Origin: Hydrolagus colliei
Lineage: Eukaryota
Length of the DNA stretch: 64,000 nucleotides
Assembly (NCBI GenBank): GCA_035084275.1
Contig: CM068745.1
Coordinates: 41,912,001-41,976,000, forward strand
Direction: 5' to 3'
The position numbers were made by a program, and so were the translations under genes. The notes under the pieces are model-generated. The model searched no databases and was not told where the DNA came from. It saw nothing but the letters and a program-made list of their open reading frames with translations. Positions 63,285 through 64,000 of the stretch are shown in pieces (position 1 is the first letter of the stretch; the number at the start of each line of letters is the position of its first letter).

Positions 63285-63660
63285 CAACAACAATTTTGAT
63301 TTATATAGCGCACTCCATGCCGGACGGTATCTCGCAGTGCTTCACTATAGCAGATCCCGGGACTGAGCCAGAGGCAGGGATAGAAAGGTGACCAAAGGCG
63401 CGGTCGAAGAGAAAGGTCTTCAGCTGGGACCTGAAGCTGAGAAAAGAGGGGGCGAGGTGAAGGTAGTGAGGAAGGGAATTCCAGAGCCTCGGAGCATAGT
63501 GGCTGAAGGCACGGCCAGGGGGGACATGGAGGAAGCCAAACCCAGTGAAGCGAAGGCAACGGGTGCTGGTTTGAGGAGAGAGGAGGTCAGAAAGGTAGGG
63601 GGGTGCAGAGGATTGGAGGGATTTGAAGACAAGGGTGAGGATCTTGAAGTCGATCGATCC
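63285..63660 (-). mobile_element. L2/SINE 3' fragment
   Basis: caacaacaattttgatttatatagcgc tail (rc) and L2-like body. Confidence 0.65.
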
Positions 63661-64000
63661 TCTCTGGTGTTAGAGATTAATTTCACAGGGTGAAATATCA
63701 ATTTCTCAGGTCAAAAATTACGTTACAGCCAGCCTCCGATTGACCAGATACTATTGATTTATTTCTTTTACACCAGGTTTCTTTTACTCGGGTATACTCA
63801 TTGAGCTGACACTAAAGCAAGCAATATTACATTACAGGGCACACATAATCCTCATACACAACAATACCCGGCACACATTACTCGAGGTTAAGAGGGATAG
63901 TCCTTTTCTTGTCTTTTCCTTCCAGTCGGCTACCTTACTGTCATGGTACAGTTTCTTCCATCAGTGGTTCTTCCTTCTTGAGAGCGTCTTGATTACTGTC

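Noticed and set aside
1-64000. CRISPR arrays, rRNA, or functional tRNA genes
   Set aside because: None seen; tRNA-like A/B boxes all belong to SINE heads.

Overview
Vertebrate genomic DNA. The CR1/L2 LINE and Deu-core-like SINE content suggests a cartilaginous fish (inference). Genes: (1) a + strand 4-exon gene (2919-7513, 195 aa predicted) for a single-IgV, CD2/SLAM/CEACAM-N-like membrane protein with a YESM tail. (2) Three tandem minus-strand CD200/OX-2-like genes, each signal-IgV-IgC-TM-tail: copy A 16207-22766 (413 aa), copy B 26757-31802 (317 aa), copy C 40784-49463 (412 aa). Unlike mammalian CD200, A and C have ~140-aa cytoplasmic tails. B has lost both cysteines of the second V-domain disulfide and has a frameshift-truncated tail. 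All three share a second splice donor that could join an alternative, partly L2-derived last exon. (3) An inverted relic of the CD200-like 5' region at ~8.3-12.6 kb. (4) A CpG island at ~55.2-55.9 kb and the first coding exon of an ARL13B-like gene (61362-61420), which continues beyond the window. The rest is rich in L2 and CR1 fragments, SINEs, hAT MITEs with 8-bp TSDs and Tigger-like elements. Exon boundaries were derived by hand from GT/AG sites and frame continuity; repeat boundaries are approximate unless TSDs are cited.
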